Shown in pieces: positions 23,853-34,553 of a DNA stretch of 64,000 nt; positions within the stretch are counted from its first letter, which is position 1; each line of letters begins with the position of its first letter. Position numbers and translations under genes: made by a program. The notes beneath the pieces are model-generated. The model ran no database searches, had not been told where the DNA came from, and worked only from the letters and a program-made list of their open reading frames with translations. Origin of the DNA: Salisapilia sapeloensis CBS 127946 (Eukaryota; Protista; Oomycota); contig JAADVB010000072.1 of the NCBI GenBank assembly GCA_023334545.1, positions 8,513 to 72,512 of the forward strand. Reading direction: 5' to 3'.

Positions 23853-25986
23853 ATGGAGGGATTAGAAGTGTTATTCCAGTTCGAGGGGCATCACGAGCGT
23901 CCTCCACAGCTATTCGTCTACTCCTCTCCAGTGGAAAAGTCTAGTTACAGGTAACACATCACTATGTGTACTATACAATGTCTATTTTACTAATGAAAGA
24001 ATAGATCGGGTGTAATTCCGAGTGGAGGCTACTTCATCTGCTCGTCTATTGTCTACTATGGAGACAATTGCTGGATGAAAATTCGTCGAGGACCATTCTC
24101 TAAGGCCATCCTCACCGGATACGTTCGTGTTACTCTTGATGATAGTGCCGATGCTAGTCCGGACTCGTCCATCGAACGTGAAGTACCGACCAAATATCGA
24201 TCTGCAGCTGCTTTATGTCACACGCCAAGTGCATTTAAATACCTCCGACGAATCCCAAGTACGTATACGATCTGTGTATACTACTAGAAGCAACAAACTA
24301 AACGTAATTGTAGAATTTCCATCTTATTGTATGGCACATGAGCGCATTGAAGTTCACAAGAAACCAACTTTTACAGCTCCTGCTACAAGCTCCTATGATA
24401 CGTCGTTGCCATCCCGCCATGTACCCGCTCATAGTGTCTTCCATACATCAGAATGCCTCCTAGACCGAGAATACGCGACGATCGCACTCCACATTTCTTC
24501 TCCTACAGGCGTCAAAGGATGGATCCATTTACCACAAAAGTCCTTTTACTCTGTTATTTCTCAAATTGAGGATCCAAAGTACACTATCCGAAGCAATTTC
24601 CTTGTCCAGAACATCGCATCTCCCATTGGAAACTGGGCTGGGGATCTTCCCATCCGTTCCAGTCCAGACCTCCAAGCTACGAAACGGTCGTGGACGTTAC
24701 CACGACATGCTCTTGTCTATTGCCATGAGCGTAAGTTGGTACATGACCAAGTATGGCTGCGTGTATCAAAGCCAACCATGTTCGAGCCAGAGTACGTCGT
24801 GATGGAAGAGCAAAGAGAAGAGCATTGGGTTGTGGAACGGAATGCACAGACTGGTCGACGTGTCGTCATCCCATTCGGTGGATTATCCATCAAGGACAGT
24901 GCCCAGCACCTCACTATGACAAGTGAACTAGATGACCAGCACCGCTTGTATCGTAATGTGTATGGTCGGAAGCCTTTGCCTCTTCGTGCTTCCTGTAGTA
25001 TAAATGCTAATGTGACGGGGTACCTGAATCCTGGTGGGGTCTATCTATCCCATGCAAGATACTTGGACAAGGACAAGATGTGGATTGCATTTGAAGTAGA
25101 TGGTAGAACAGGGTACAGCCTGCAGATGAATGCAAAGACAAATGCTTGTCTGTTGCAGGAAGTACCACCGGCGAGCAAAATGCATCCGTCAGGATATTTT
25201 CAGATACAAAAGTCTGACCAACCGGACTCGACGAACGGAATGGCGTTGGAACAGGAAGAGCAGACACGACTGGAGCAGTCTGTCGCAGTGTTCACAGATG
25301 CTTCTTTTGCGTCTGAAGAGATCTTTAGAATAACAAGAGGAAGTGTAGTCAAGGCAGTGGGATTATGCCATTCAGAGGAGAGCATGTGGCTGCAAGTATT
25401 GGCTAGCGATGTGGACTCGAGTGTGAAGGTAGCCTCCTCCACTTCTGCACTGGACACAGTCTCTCCATCCTTGCCAGCATCTGCATCCAATGTCGTTCAC
25501 ATTCCTTTGTATCATGCAAGTGATACTCTGAAGAAGGAAGTCGGGGGTTGGAATGTAAGGAGATTCAATCGCCGATTGGAGAAAGTGGAGGACCCAACAT
25601 CGAAAGATAGCAAGTCTCGAAGCTCCACAGCACGAGTCGTGTTCTCTGGTCGAGCGTCGAAATTGTTTGGCGACCACTTTCTTCGAGACTCTACAGCTTC
25701 GACACGGTCATCTGGGTACGAGATGAGAGAATTGGATACTTCTAGAGTTGGTGTAACAAGGTCAGATGCACAAAACTTGCGAGAAGGGTTGGTGACACCA
25801 CAATTGGAAGGAGGAATCGTACAAAGGATGCGAGGTGCTGGGCAATACTTGTTGTCATGTGTTGAGAGATCCGCCACCGCCTGCATGGAGCGGCCTGGCG
25901 CACGTGATCAGTATGCACAAGTATTTCAGGAAGATGATGTAGATGCTGAGTATGGAGAGCCGACACAGCCATTCACTCGAACTTAG
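23853..25986 (+). CDS. Uncharacterised protein with 5-6 degenerate SH3b-like repeats, 3 exons (introns 23951-24004, 24259-24313)
   Basis: Two 54-55 bp GT-AG introns join ATG 23853, ORF 24075 and ORF 24127 in frame. Recurrent motif [LV]x[VIL][RYF]xxP...G.[IL]..G...W[LMI]x[VIF]...G[YW]. The gene call is well supported; the domain call is moderate. Confidence 0.78.
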
Positions 25987-26511
25987 GAAAAGTGAAATCC
26001 GTCACGATTTTAAACCGGAAAAAGTTGTTTAAATTTACTCGCAAGTTCGTTTAGACCAAACGATTTCGTTTAAAAAGATTTTTCGTTGCTTTTGCGTCGA
26101 CTGAGGCTTTGTTGGAGTGCTTTTGTCGTCGCTCTCTGTATATAGCGAGAAAGACATCGAGTCTTATTATTAACCAAGCTTGGCAAATGGTAGAAGTTGA
26201 TAAATACTGAAAGAATAAGGTTATAAAAATATCTTTTGTGGTAAATGCTCACATATATTCATATTTTCTCTTGTTTGATATCTTAATCTGCAGGCTGCAT
26301 ACGAATGGTGATAGGCACAGTGATAGTGTCTACGTAGATCACCGATAAATTGACTAGGGAAATTATCACTCGAGCTAAGCTTGAAATAAAGAAAATCTGA
26401 ATAGTTTTAAAGCGCTAGTACAGTGCTAGAGAAACTGAATTGCGTATGAATGCACTGTGGGTTGTACGATCTGCTATCTCGATTATATAGGACAATATAG
26501 ACGAAAGGTAA

Positions 26512-27988
26512 TCATTGGAGATCTTCTGCAACTAATATGCTGGCTTGATAGCTATAAAAGAAATTATTACCAGCAAGGACAGCTCGATATGATTTGTTTG
26601 TCCCTTTGAGTAAATCTGCAGACCATCTTGTACGTAAGATAGGACGCTTCTTGACGTGGAGATACTGAAAACTTTGCCTTTCTTGCAACTGCATTCTTGA
26701 TAAAGCCATATCGCGATTAAGTATGTACTCCCGGGATGTCTGGTGGATTATATGGGTCATCAAGTAGCCTAATTTTCCAGTAAAACGACGATGATGCAGC
26801 TATAACATCACCATCGGCGGTGCCAACATTTTCTAGTGTACAACTTCTCAAGATCTGAAACTTTAACCGCCAATTTGAAGTTGCGTCTACCTCGGAGCAT
26901 GCAAATGTAAATGCACCTTATATTGGCTACTAGGTTATGTTGAGGTTGAGAGCAAGATTGCGCCTAGCCATAGCAAAATTTGACTTTAACGTCGAGTAGC
27001 AGTACTGATAAAGCAACTAGTGCTTCCTCATACAGTAAACATTAGCTCAAGTTTACAATTCACTAGCAATCGAATAAGACTATTTGCTTCATAACGCCCA
27101 CTTCTTGTGTGGATACTGCATGATATCCAATAATAAATGATAGAATTAAAGCAACAGTAGAACAAACTAGAACTGAGGCAGAAGATGCGCACTCGGCCCA
27201 GTTTTTATTTGTCGAAGCTTCTGGCGTCACACGCTGCTATCGCACCAGTTCACATGTTCCACGGTGAAATAGGTGGTACGAGTAATCTTGAGTCATCAAA
27301 GCCAGGACGTCAGGATGCGCGTGTGACATCGTGCTGAAACTAGTTTCCACGGACACTCTCCCTTCAATTCGACTTTCAAGATGAAGATGATGTAAGAGGT
27401 GGTAAGCTCTGACTTGTAGCAATTCGCTAGATCCTTTCATGAGCAAGTATTAAAAACATATTCATCCCTCAAGAATCAACTTTTCTTGCAGCTAAAGTAG
27501 CGACGACATTGGCGATTTTGCCAAACATTGTCTTTCTAAATAGAAGTCTTCGACTGTGATGTGGTCACGATAATGGAAGGTCGTGATTGAATAAAGCTTA
27601 AGCTTATTTTCATTCTCTATCGTATTCCACGAACTCACTCCGTCATTTCCTTCGGCAGCGTCGGATCGACCATAGTAAACTCTTTGATGACCGGGAGTCG
27701 AGAACCAAGTCGCAAATCTGTGGTATTGGTCCCTCTCCGAAGTCTTTTTGTCAATATATAGTCGAGATAATCCTGGATTAGCATATCGTTTTCATGGAAA
27801 GCAAAGTCTGTAGACTTCCAGTGACGGCATCGGAGTAAAACGCTGCGACGTTCATGATTGATGACTAACAATGAGCGAGATACAGTGAACTGAGACTTCA
27901 CATCATTTGCGTAAACCGCAATATACGATGTGAGCAAAAACCGCGACTCTTCACTCCAACCATGCCATTGCATCGTCTTCACAGTCAT
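26512..27988 (-). pseudogene. Decayed multi-exon membrane-protein-like coding relic
   Basis: ORF 27988-27635 ends at a perfect GTGAGT donor, and splicing to ATCACAG continues DRRLLFRKTMFGKIANVV. The frame of ORF 27446-27237 continues past a TAG into a TM-like segment SASVLVCSTVALILSFIIGYH. Further fragments with stops run to 26512. Confidence 0.3.
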
Positions 27989-28649
27989 TTCCAGAGGCTA
28001 ATCGGGCTTGTATGTCAAAGTTTTAGTTGGTAAATTTAAGCGAGCTTATGCTATATACCACTAGAGCGTTAAGGTGAAAACCGGAACGTTTTATGGTAAC
28101 TTGCACTCCATCGTTACTATCAAGGTACATTAAAATCCATTTTGACATGAATGATAGATAGTTTCGTTAACAATGCACTGCTATGACTTCGGATGTTCAT
28201 TCTCTTGTACTCAGCGGGAGAATTGAATCTGCTTGGATCAACCTATTTCAAGTTGAAGCAAAATTACTGGATCACTCATATAGTACCAGATATACGTGCG
28301 CGAGTACTACCCCCACTGGACCCAAAGCAATTACCATTCAAAATCAAGCACGATGAAGATCGTTCGGCGCATAAGGTGTCTGCGCCTTGTTTTATCTCTT
28401 CGTCACCATGTCGCAACATAGACACCAGAACGTGGAACTTATGTCTAATCAAGGAGGCATAGAATATTGAAGCCTATACTTGTCTGATTGATCGATTCTT
28501 TGGATTGCCCATCCGCAGATCTTGCGTATGCACTTTGCGTGGAAGAATCCATATTTCCTGCTAATCGATGTTGTGGTCACTTCCCAGTTTTTATTGGAGA
28601 CATCTTATCGCCGTCTCAACAAGCCACTGCGACTGCAAGTCCACCTGCT

Positions 28650-30513
28650 ATGAATTGCCCGAGTATCTTTCTGATAGTGCTCTTCGGCTTCTTTGTTCAA
28701 AGTGTGCTGAGCAAAAATTGCACAAAACCTGAGGCGGATAAAGCAAAAGGACTTATCAAGCAAAAGGACACAACACAGTCTGATGACAGTCTTTGCGTAA
28801 GCGTGGATGACTTTACCTTCACCTGCTCTGATTCATGCATTGGCTTATATGCTGACTTGAACGAAGCACTGCCAGACTGCGAGCTCGACTCGCAAGGATT
28901 CGAAATTGTGAACATAAAGGATTTATACGGCGTCTACTTTCGCATCTGTAGTGTGAGGTCGGAAGGTGGAATGATGCAAAGTAGAAAAGAATTGGATGGT
29001 ATTCATTCATTTAATTTCATTTTGCGCTTCAATTGACAACTTGATCTGTTTGCATTTAGAGGATGAACAGAGTGTAATTATATCAAGCTCGGAAGCATTG
29101 CAGAGCATCAGATCGTCACCTGAGGGCAGCGCAGACACATCAATTGTATCGTCAGCATGGGGTACGGAAATAAACTTGTGGATATCAAATGTTTATTGGT
29201 AATATCAAGCTGGTCAGGTGGATCAAAGAGTTCATCAGGCAGCACATTTCGAAGTGGTCGGCAGGAAAAAGGAGCACATGATTATTATTCGGGCAGCTCG
29301 ACAGCAGACTTTGCAAGTGCATCAAGTATTAATGTACACTACGGTGTATATATGAATGAGGCCATTTTTAGAGGCGGTGTGCTCATCCTAGTCTATGTCA
29401 TCATTCCGGTGCTTCTACTTGTATCTTGTGGATGGTTTGTCTGCTTTCATATGACCCAGCCCGCCAAGGCAACAGAAGGTAGAGTAAAGTTGTTGACCGA
29501 TATAGCAGCCTGGTCTCTGACATCACTCCATGTAGCTGACTCATCCAGTGACCCCAGCATTTATGACCTCTGGGGTGACAGGGAGCTCGTTGAGAAAAAG
29601 CTAAAGTTCACGGATATTAAAGACAAAAAGGTCCTAGGCTCCGGAGCTTTCGGCGTCGTCTGGCTGGTGACGTACAACAATACAAGCTATGCATCCAAAA
29701 GGTTGCTACAAAGAGTCGTGGATCCAGAAGTATTTGAAAAGTTTATCGATGAAGTCAAGTTGGTGGCCAAAATCGAGCATGTAAATATTATTAAGTGCAT
29801 TGGTGTCGCATGGACAATGAGATCCGATTTCCAGGCTCTCTTTGAGTATATGCCAAACGGCGACTTGAGGGACTACTTGATGCAATCAGCTACTCGTCAC
29901 TGGACCAACGAGAAGCTTCTTATCGCAATAGATATTGCAGAAGCACTCGTATATGTTCAGTCTTTCGAAACTCCCATCGTCCATCGTGACCTCAAGTCTC
30001 GCAATGTTTTACTATCAGAAGAGATGGTCGCGAAAGTAAGCGACTTTGGTTCTGCTCGTCTCATGTCGGAAAATAATACCATGACCACTCAGGCTGTTGG
30101 AACTGCTCGGGTATGTATAACACATTCATATATTCTTCGTTTATTTCTAAAATCTCTGATCGACCTATTTCTTTACGTCCTAGTGGCTAGCACCAGAAGT
30201 AGTGGCCGGTGAGTTCTACGACCATACTTGCGACTCGTACTCATTAGGCACCATCTTGACAGAGCTAGACACACACGAACTACCACTGCACAACGTCACG
30301 GACGGTAAAGGTGAAAAACTCCAGGATTTGGCGCTCATGCATCACATTGCTTGCCGCAAAGTCAAACCGATTGTCTCCAAAGACTGCCCGGAGCCAATGC
30401 GGGAACTCGTGGAAAAGTGTCTGAGTTATGAACCGAAGGACCGACCGACAGCAGTGCAAATTTCCTTTGCATTGCGCAAGATGCTGAATAATGGAAGTGT
30501 GCTGGAAACTTAA
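28650..30513 (+). CDS. Receptor-like TKL kinase with signal peptide, elicitin-like 6-Cys ectodomain, Ser-rich linker and TM; 4 exons (introns ~28953-29061, 29162-29217, 30111-30183)
   Basis: SP MNCPSIFLIVLFGFFVQSVLS. Cys spacing C-24-C-9-C-3-C-13-C-22-C with LPDC. TM VLILVYVIIPVLLLVSCGWFVCF. Kinase motifs LGSGAFGVV, ASKRL, HRDLKSRN, DFG, GTAR|WLAPE. All introns are GT-AG and preserve frame. Confidence 0.85.
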
Positions 30514-30577
30514 TAGCGTACATGCCGGAGAAGAAGACACGACATTTTAAATGAAAAAGATTCTTAATAATACAATA

Positions 30578-31303
30578 CTAAGCTTCGTCCGAGTACTCTG
30601 GATCACTGTCGTATGTGTATGCAGTCTCGGAGTTTCGGTGAAGAAGGGGAAGTACGGTCTTGTCGAATACAGGTTGTGTACGAGGATAGATGGCAATGAA
30701 AGCAAGTTGGATCATGCACAATAGGCCTGGAATTGCTGCTTGGAGAAACAGGAACAAGTCCGCTTTGAGGATGGAGATGAGCGTCCAGATAGAGCAGTCG
30801 AGGAAGCCACTAAAGACCATGCCAAACGGAATGATATCGGAGCAGCGTTGTTGGATGACTTGCTGGAGTTCGGATAATGGAGACATGAAGAGTGCAAGAG
30901 TAGTCATGTCTGCAAGTATACCTAGAATAATTTGCATATTCGCAAGATCGACAAACGGAAAGAGGTAGAAAGTTGATAATGCAAGCATGGACGCCAGCGA
31001 AGAGACAATAAGACGCTGGTGCTTGCGTCTTTGCAATCGGTCGTACTTGTAGTAGATACACAGGTAGACAGACCCCATGAATGCACCATACATGTTGATC
31101 GTACCGAGAGGATAGACCATGTTGTTGGCGAAGCTGTACAAGATCCAGACATAGCTCTGTATGAGCATTGCCAATAGCGGATAGAAGTTCATATGAGAGG
31201 TATCCCTCGTCTTGTGTACATAATACAGATCCGGAATGAGGCTAGTGTAGATCAAACCAGAGGATGCAGTGCCAGCAGCACTAAGTATATCGAGTACAGT
31301 CAT
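30578..31303 (-). CDS. SWEET: SWEET/MtN3 sugar transporter-like protein (7 TM)
   Basis: Two MtN3 repeats: SLIPDLYYV...YPLLAM..QSYVWILY...TINMYG and SPLSELQQVI...IPFGM...WTL. Confidence 0.87.
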   Translation of the reverse strand: MTVLDILSAAGTASSGLIYTSLIPDLYYVHKTRDTSHMNFYPLLAMLIQSYVWILYSFANNMVYPLGTINMYGAFMGSVYLCIYYKYDRLQRRKHQRLIVSSLASMLALSTFYLFPFVDLANMQIILGILADMTTLALFMSPLSELQQVIQQRCSDIIPFGMVFSGFLDCSIWTLISILKADLFLFLQAAIPGLLCMIQLAFIAIYPRTQPVFDKTVLPLLHRNSETAYTYDSDPEYSDEA

Positions 31304-31696
31304 GAGAAAATTTTCTTAAGTGATCAACGACCATTCCAGATCGCTATAAATACATCCGACATGACTGTTCAAGATCCACTATCTCTCCCACTTGCTTCGT
31401 GCTGCTTCGGGCCACCTGGGTCCATCCATCCGGTTCTGTTTCCATCACCATGTCAATGTATTTTAATGTGACGAGGAGTTCTGTATTGTAGTCGTACTTG
31501 AGCATCCTAGTAGGTCCTTTCGTTCATTTCATGCATGGACAGTATCTATAAGCTTCAAATAGCCATCGCTAAGTGATCTTTCCACTAAACAAGCGTCGAG
31601 AAACATGTTCGCACAACCTTCGTATCGAAAAATTGCGTCCAATTGGATCGATCTGAGAAGATCTCATTCTTCCATTCGACAAGTGCTTCAGAAACA

Positions 31697-33145
31697 ATGC
31701 GGCTCCTTTCTTCCATCGCCGTGATGGCTGCAACGATTGGTTTAGCCGATGCACTTACGATCGAAAGCAAACCTTCGGGTCAGGCACCCGAAAAACTTGT
31801 CGGTGACAGGACGCCACTCGCACGGTCATGGTCCATCTCCGGCTCCGAACCGCTCACCAAGCTGGAGTTTGCAGTCCCAGGCCGAATCATCGTGTCGTAT
31901 GAAGCGGCTGAGGAAATCCAACCAGACGCTGATGTCGTGGAGGAAGTGGACGATGCGTCTGCATCCGGCAGCTTGATGGCTGCTCAAGTCGGCGATGAGA
32001 CGCTGCTCGCTACCATCCAAGTCGTTGGCAATAGCGCGCCGATGATGGATCTGTTTGAAGTGTACGAAACAAATGCTAGCTGCGAAGGTGTAAAGATGCG
32101 TCTGCACAATGACGATGCGGCGGTCGAAGGCAGCGTCCTCACCTACGTCACTGTGCATCAAGCGAATCAGATCGAAGAGCTCGGTGCGCTCTTGGCGACG
32201 GATGTAGCTGTCCATGACCGCGTCATTGTGGCTGATAGCTATGATGGCCAACTTGTCCTCGCTAGTGAAGGGAACACGGACATTGTTGTCGAGTCGAGTA
32301 CGGCTTTGAATGTGAAGTCGCTGGAAGTCGCCTTGGTAGGAGACGGCATCGTGCAATTGTCCACTCCGTCCGTGTACGTTACCAACGGCATCGACTTGGC
32401 TGTCGCCGGCGATGGTGCCATAGCCTTGTCGACCGATAGCATTAAGACTGAGACGCTAGATGTAGCCGTGACAGAGCACGGAGCGATTTACTTTGACACG
32501 CAATCTCTCGTGACGCGAAACTTGTCGGTTGCGGTCGTTGATCATGCTGAAGTCACGATGACTGACTTGTACGCGAGTGGAAGCTGCGACCAAGAGGATA
32601 TCGAGGCTGTTGGAGACGGGAAGGTGTATCTAGGTCAGATCCAGGCGAAGGAGGTGGACGTGGCTGTCTGGGGATCGGCGAATGATGTCATTGTCCAGGC
32701 GACGGACAAGCTCTCAGCCAGCACGTCATTGACAGCGACCGTGTACTACTATGGCGACAAGCCGCGTGAAATTGAGACCTCGCAGTGGCAGTTTTGGCGC
32801 CCGACATCGTGGATCGTGAAACCCGTGACGGCGAACAAGGCCATGGTGTACAACCGCCACTTGCTTCCGGCGTCCGAGGCGGTTGGTGTGGCGGTTCGCA
32901 CGGTGCGTGCCGAGGCGAGTGACGAGCCGACGGTCAAGGTGATTTCGTACGGCGATGAACAAGTCGGTAGTGAGTGGGAGATGAAGACGGTGGATACTTT
33001 GGTGCAAGCGACGGACGAGTACTCCGCGCCAATGATAAGTGGTGTAGGTATTATCGCTGCAGTTGCGCTAGTGTCGCTTCTGGCTGTCGTTGCCGTGCGT
33101 CAGTTCCGTTATGACCGTCGTGGCGAGTACACGCCACTCCTATAA
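31697..33145 (+). CDS. Surface protein with GIN/DUF2807-like beta-solenoid repeats, signal peptide and C-terminal TM
   Basis: SP MRLLSSIAVMAATIGLADA. Repeats LEVALVGDGIVQL / IDLAVAGDGAIAL / LDVAVTEHGAIYF / IEAVGDGKVYL. TM GVGIIAAVALVSLLAVVAV. Tail ends EYTPLL. Confidence 0.8.
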   Translation: MRLLSSIAVMAATIGLADALTIESKPSGQAPEKLVGDRTPLARSWSISGSEPLTKLEFAVPGRIIVSYEAAEEIQPDADVVEEVDDASASGSLMAAQVGDETLLATIQVVGNSAPMMDLFEVYETNASCEGVKMRLHNDDAAVEGSVLTYVTVHQANQIEELGALLATDVAVHDRVIVADSYDGQLVLASEGNTDIVVESSTALNVKSLEVALVGDGIVQLSTPSVYVTNGIDLAVAGDGAIALSTDSIKTETLDVAVTEHGAIYFDTQSLVTRNLSVAVVDHAEVTMTDLYASGSCDQEDIEAVGDGKVYLGQIQAKEVDVAVWGSANDVIVQATDKLSASTSLTATVYYYGDKPREIETSQWQFWRPTSWIVKPVTANKAMVYNRHLLPASEAVGVAVRTVRAEASDEPTVKVISYGDEQVGSEWEMKTVDTLVQATDEYSAPMISGVGIIAAVALVSLLAVVAVRQFRYDRRGEYTPLL

Positions 33146-33572
33146 GTCGAGCAGTCAAGAGATGAAAGCGAGATGTTTTGCAAGTAACTTTTGGTTTGAC
33201 GTTCATTCTTATCCTGAAGGGATCTTCCCAATCAATATTTGTGTCGCACGTAGTCGACACGAGTGGTGCGCTGAACAGATTAAGTCATGATAGTGGGTAC
33301 AAACATCCCGAACGTGATGTTTAATGGAAAAGTTTGCGTCGATCGTATCGCCCAATACCTCTGCGAGATGACTATTACGTAGATAACCTTCTATATCGCA
33401 AGTGTCTCTTCGATCCCTACCTATTCCGAGAACGGTGGCTTCGGCTTCAGTGATGCTTGTGTGCATGTTGATGCCAGCAGATGGCATGTGGCATGAAAAC
33501 GAAGTCCTGCATAATCATTTTCTCTCAACTACTGGTTGTTGGTAACGGTGCTCCTAGCCATCAAGGTCGCTT

Positions 33573-33587
33573 TCATTCTCCAATTTG
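33573..33587 (+). promoter_or_regulatory. INR/FPR core promoter element
   Basis: TCATTCTCCAATTTG matches the oomycete consensus TCATTYYNCAWTTT, about 20 bp upstream of ATG 33606. Confidence 0.6.
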
Positions 33588-33605
33588 CATTTTCTCATCC
33601 TAATC

Positions 33606-34454
33606 ATGGGCTCACCATCGCATGGACTTCGTCGATCTAGTCACGGTAGTCGTCCGAGTCTCTATCGACCGCATGCCGGAAGTGCCAAGGTCGAGTTGCT
33701 TCGTCGACTCTCGCTCTCCGTGTCGGTTGACGACACGTCTACACGTGATGTTTCGCACTATACGCTGGAAGCAATGTACGTCGCATCTCCATCCAGCGGA
33801 AGCAAAGATTGGGATGCGGTACTAGAGTCCTCTTCATCAGCCGAAGTCTTCTCCTACTCCATGCCACTCAAAGACTATGCTCGCTTCCGAGAGAAAATGC
33901 TCGACAGCCTCCACTTCGGACACAAGTGTGCAAACGATCGATGCCTTGGACTCTACACGTTCCTCGAATCGAGCTTCCCATCCTCTATTATTTCCGTCTT
34001 GCCGTCTCGCCATACTCGTGAGAAGAAGCGAAATACCAAGTTACAAAAGTACTTTAGCACTCTCCATCACTTTTTGCTGGACGCCAACCATCATCGTGAT
34101 TGCCCACACATTGCGAAAGACGTCACGGACGCCTTCCTAAAATTTCTTCTGGGTGACCGATACTCAACGCTGCTAGCGGACGCTTCCGGCTCAAACAACA
34201 ACCTCAGTTTCCAAACAAACGAAAGCGAAGGTGTGACCAAAAGCTTTAGCTCTTCATCAAGTGAACTCTTGGACGATCCGCTGGATGATATAACTTCCAA
34301 GGCCGACACGAGCTGCGGTATTTGTGGTAATGACGATGTTTCTGGCGGTAAGACAGCATTGGACTGTGGCCATCACTTTCATGATGAGTGCCTCGTGGAA
34401 AAGCTGAACGAAGCACTTGAATGTCCTACCTGCCACGCTTCACTGCAAGACTAA
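33606..34454 (+). CDS. PX-like domain + C-terminal RING-H2 protein (oomycete-expanded family, putative E3 ligase)
   Basis: RING-H2 CGIC-x11-CGHHFHDEC-x10-CPTC. Upstream helical/PX-like region with HKC...C and F..FL. Confidence 0.83.
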   Translation: MGSPSHGLRRSSHGSRPSLYRPHAGSAKVELLRRLSLSVSVDDTSTRDVSHYTLEAMYVASPSSGSKDWDAVLESSSSAEVFSYSMPLKDYARFREKMLDSLHFGHKCANDRCLGLYTFLESSFPSSIISVLPSRHTREKKRNTKLQKYFSTLHHFLLDANHHRDCPHIAKDVTDAFLKFLLGDRYSTLLADASGSNNNLSFQTNESEGVTKSFSSSSSELLDDPLDDITSKADTSCGICGNDDVSGGKTALDCGHHFHDECLVEKLNEALECPTCHASLQD

Positions 34455-34553
34455 CGGTAGATGACAGTTGTCAATGTACAATAGAATTAAAGTAAAAGAA
34501 GAGTGCATTCGAGATCCAATTGCTATTTATTCTTGTTGACTTGTATAGGTAGT

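Noticed and set aside
27185-27235. Plus-strand AQFLFVEASGV resembling a Tc1/IS630 'FxDESG' motif
   Set aside because: The catalytic Asp is absent, there are no other DDE motifs or terminal inverted repeats, and the minus strand explains the region better.
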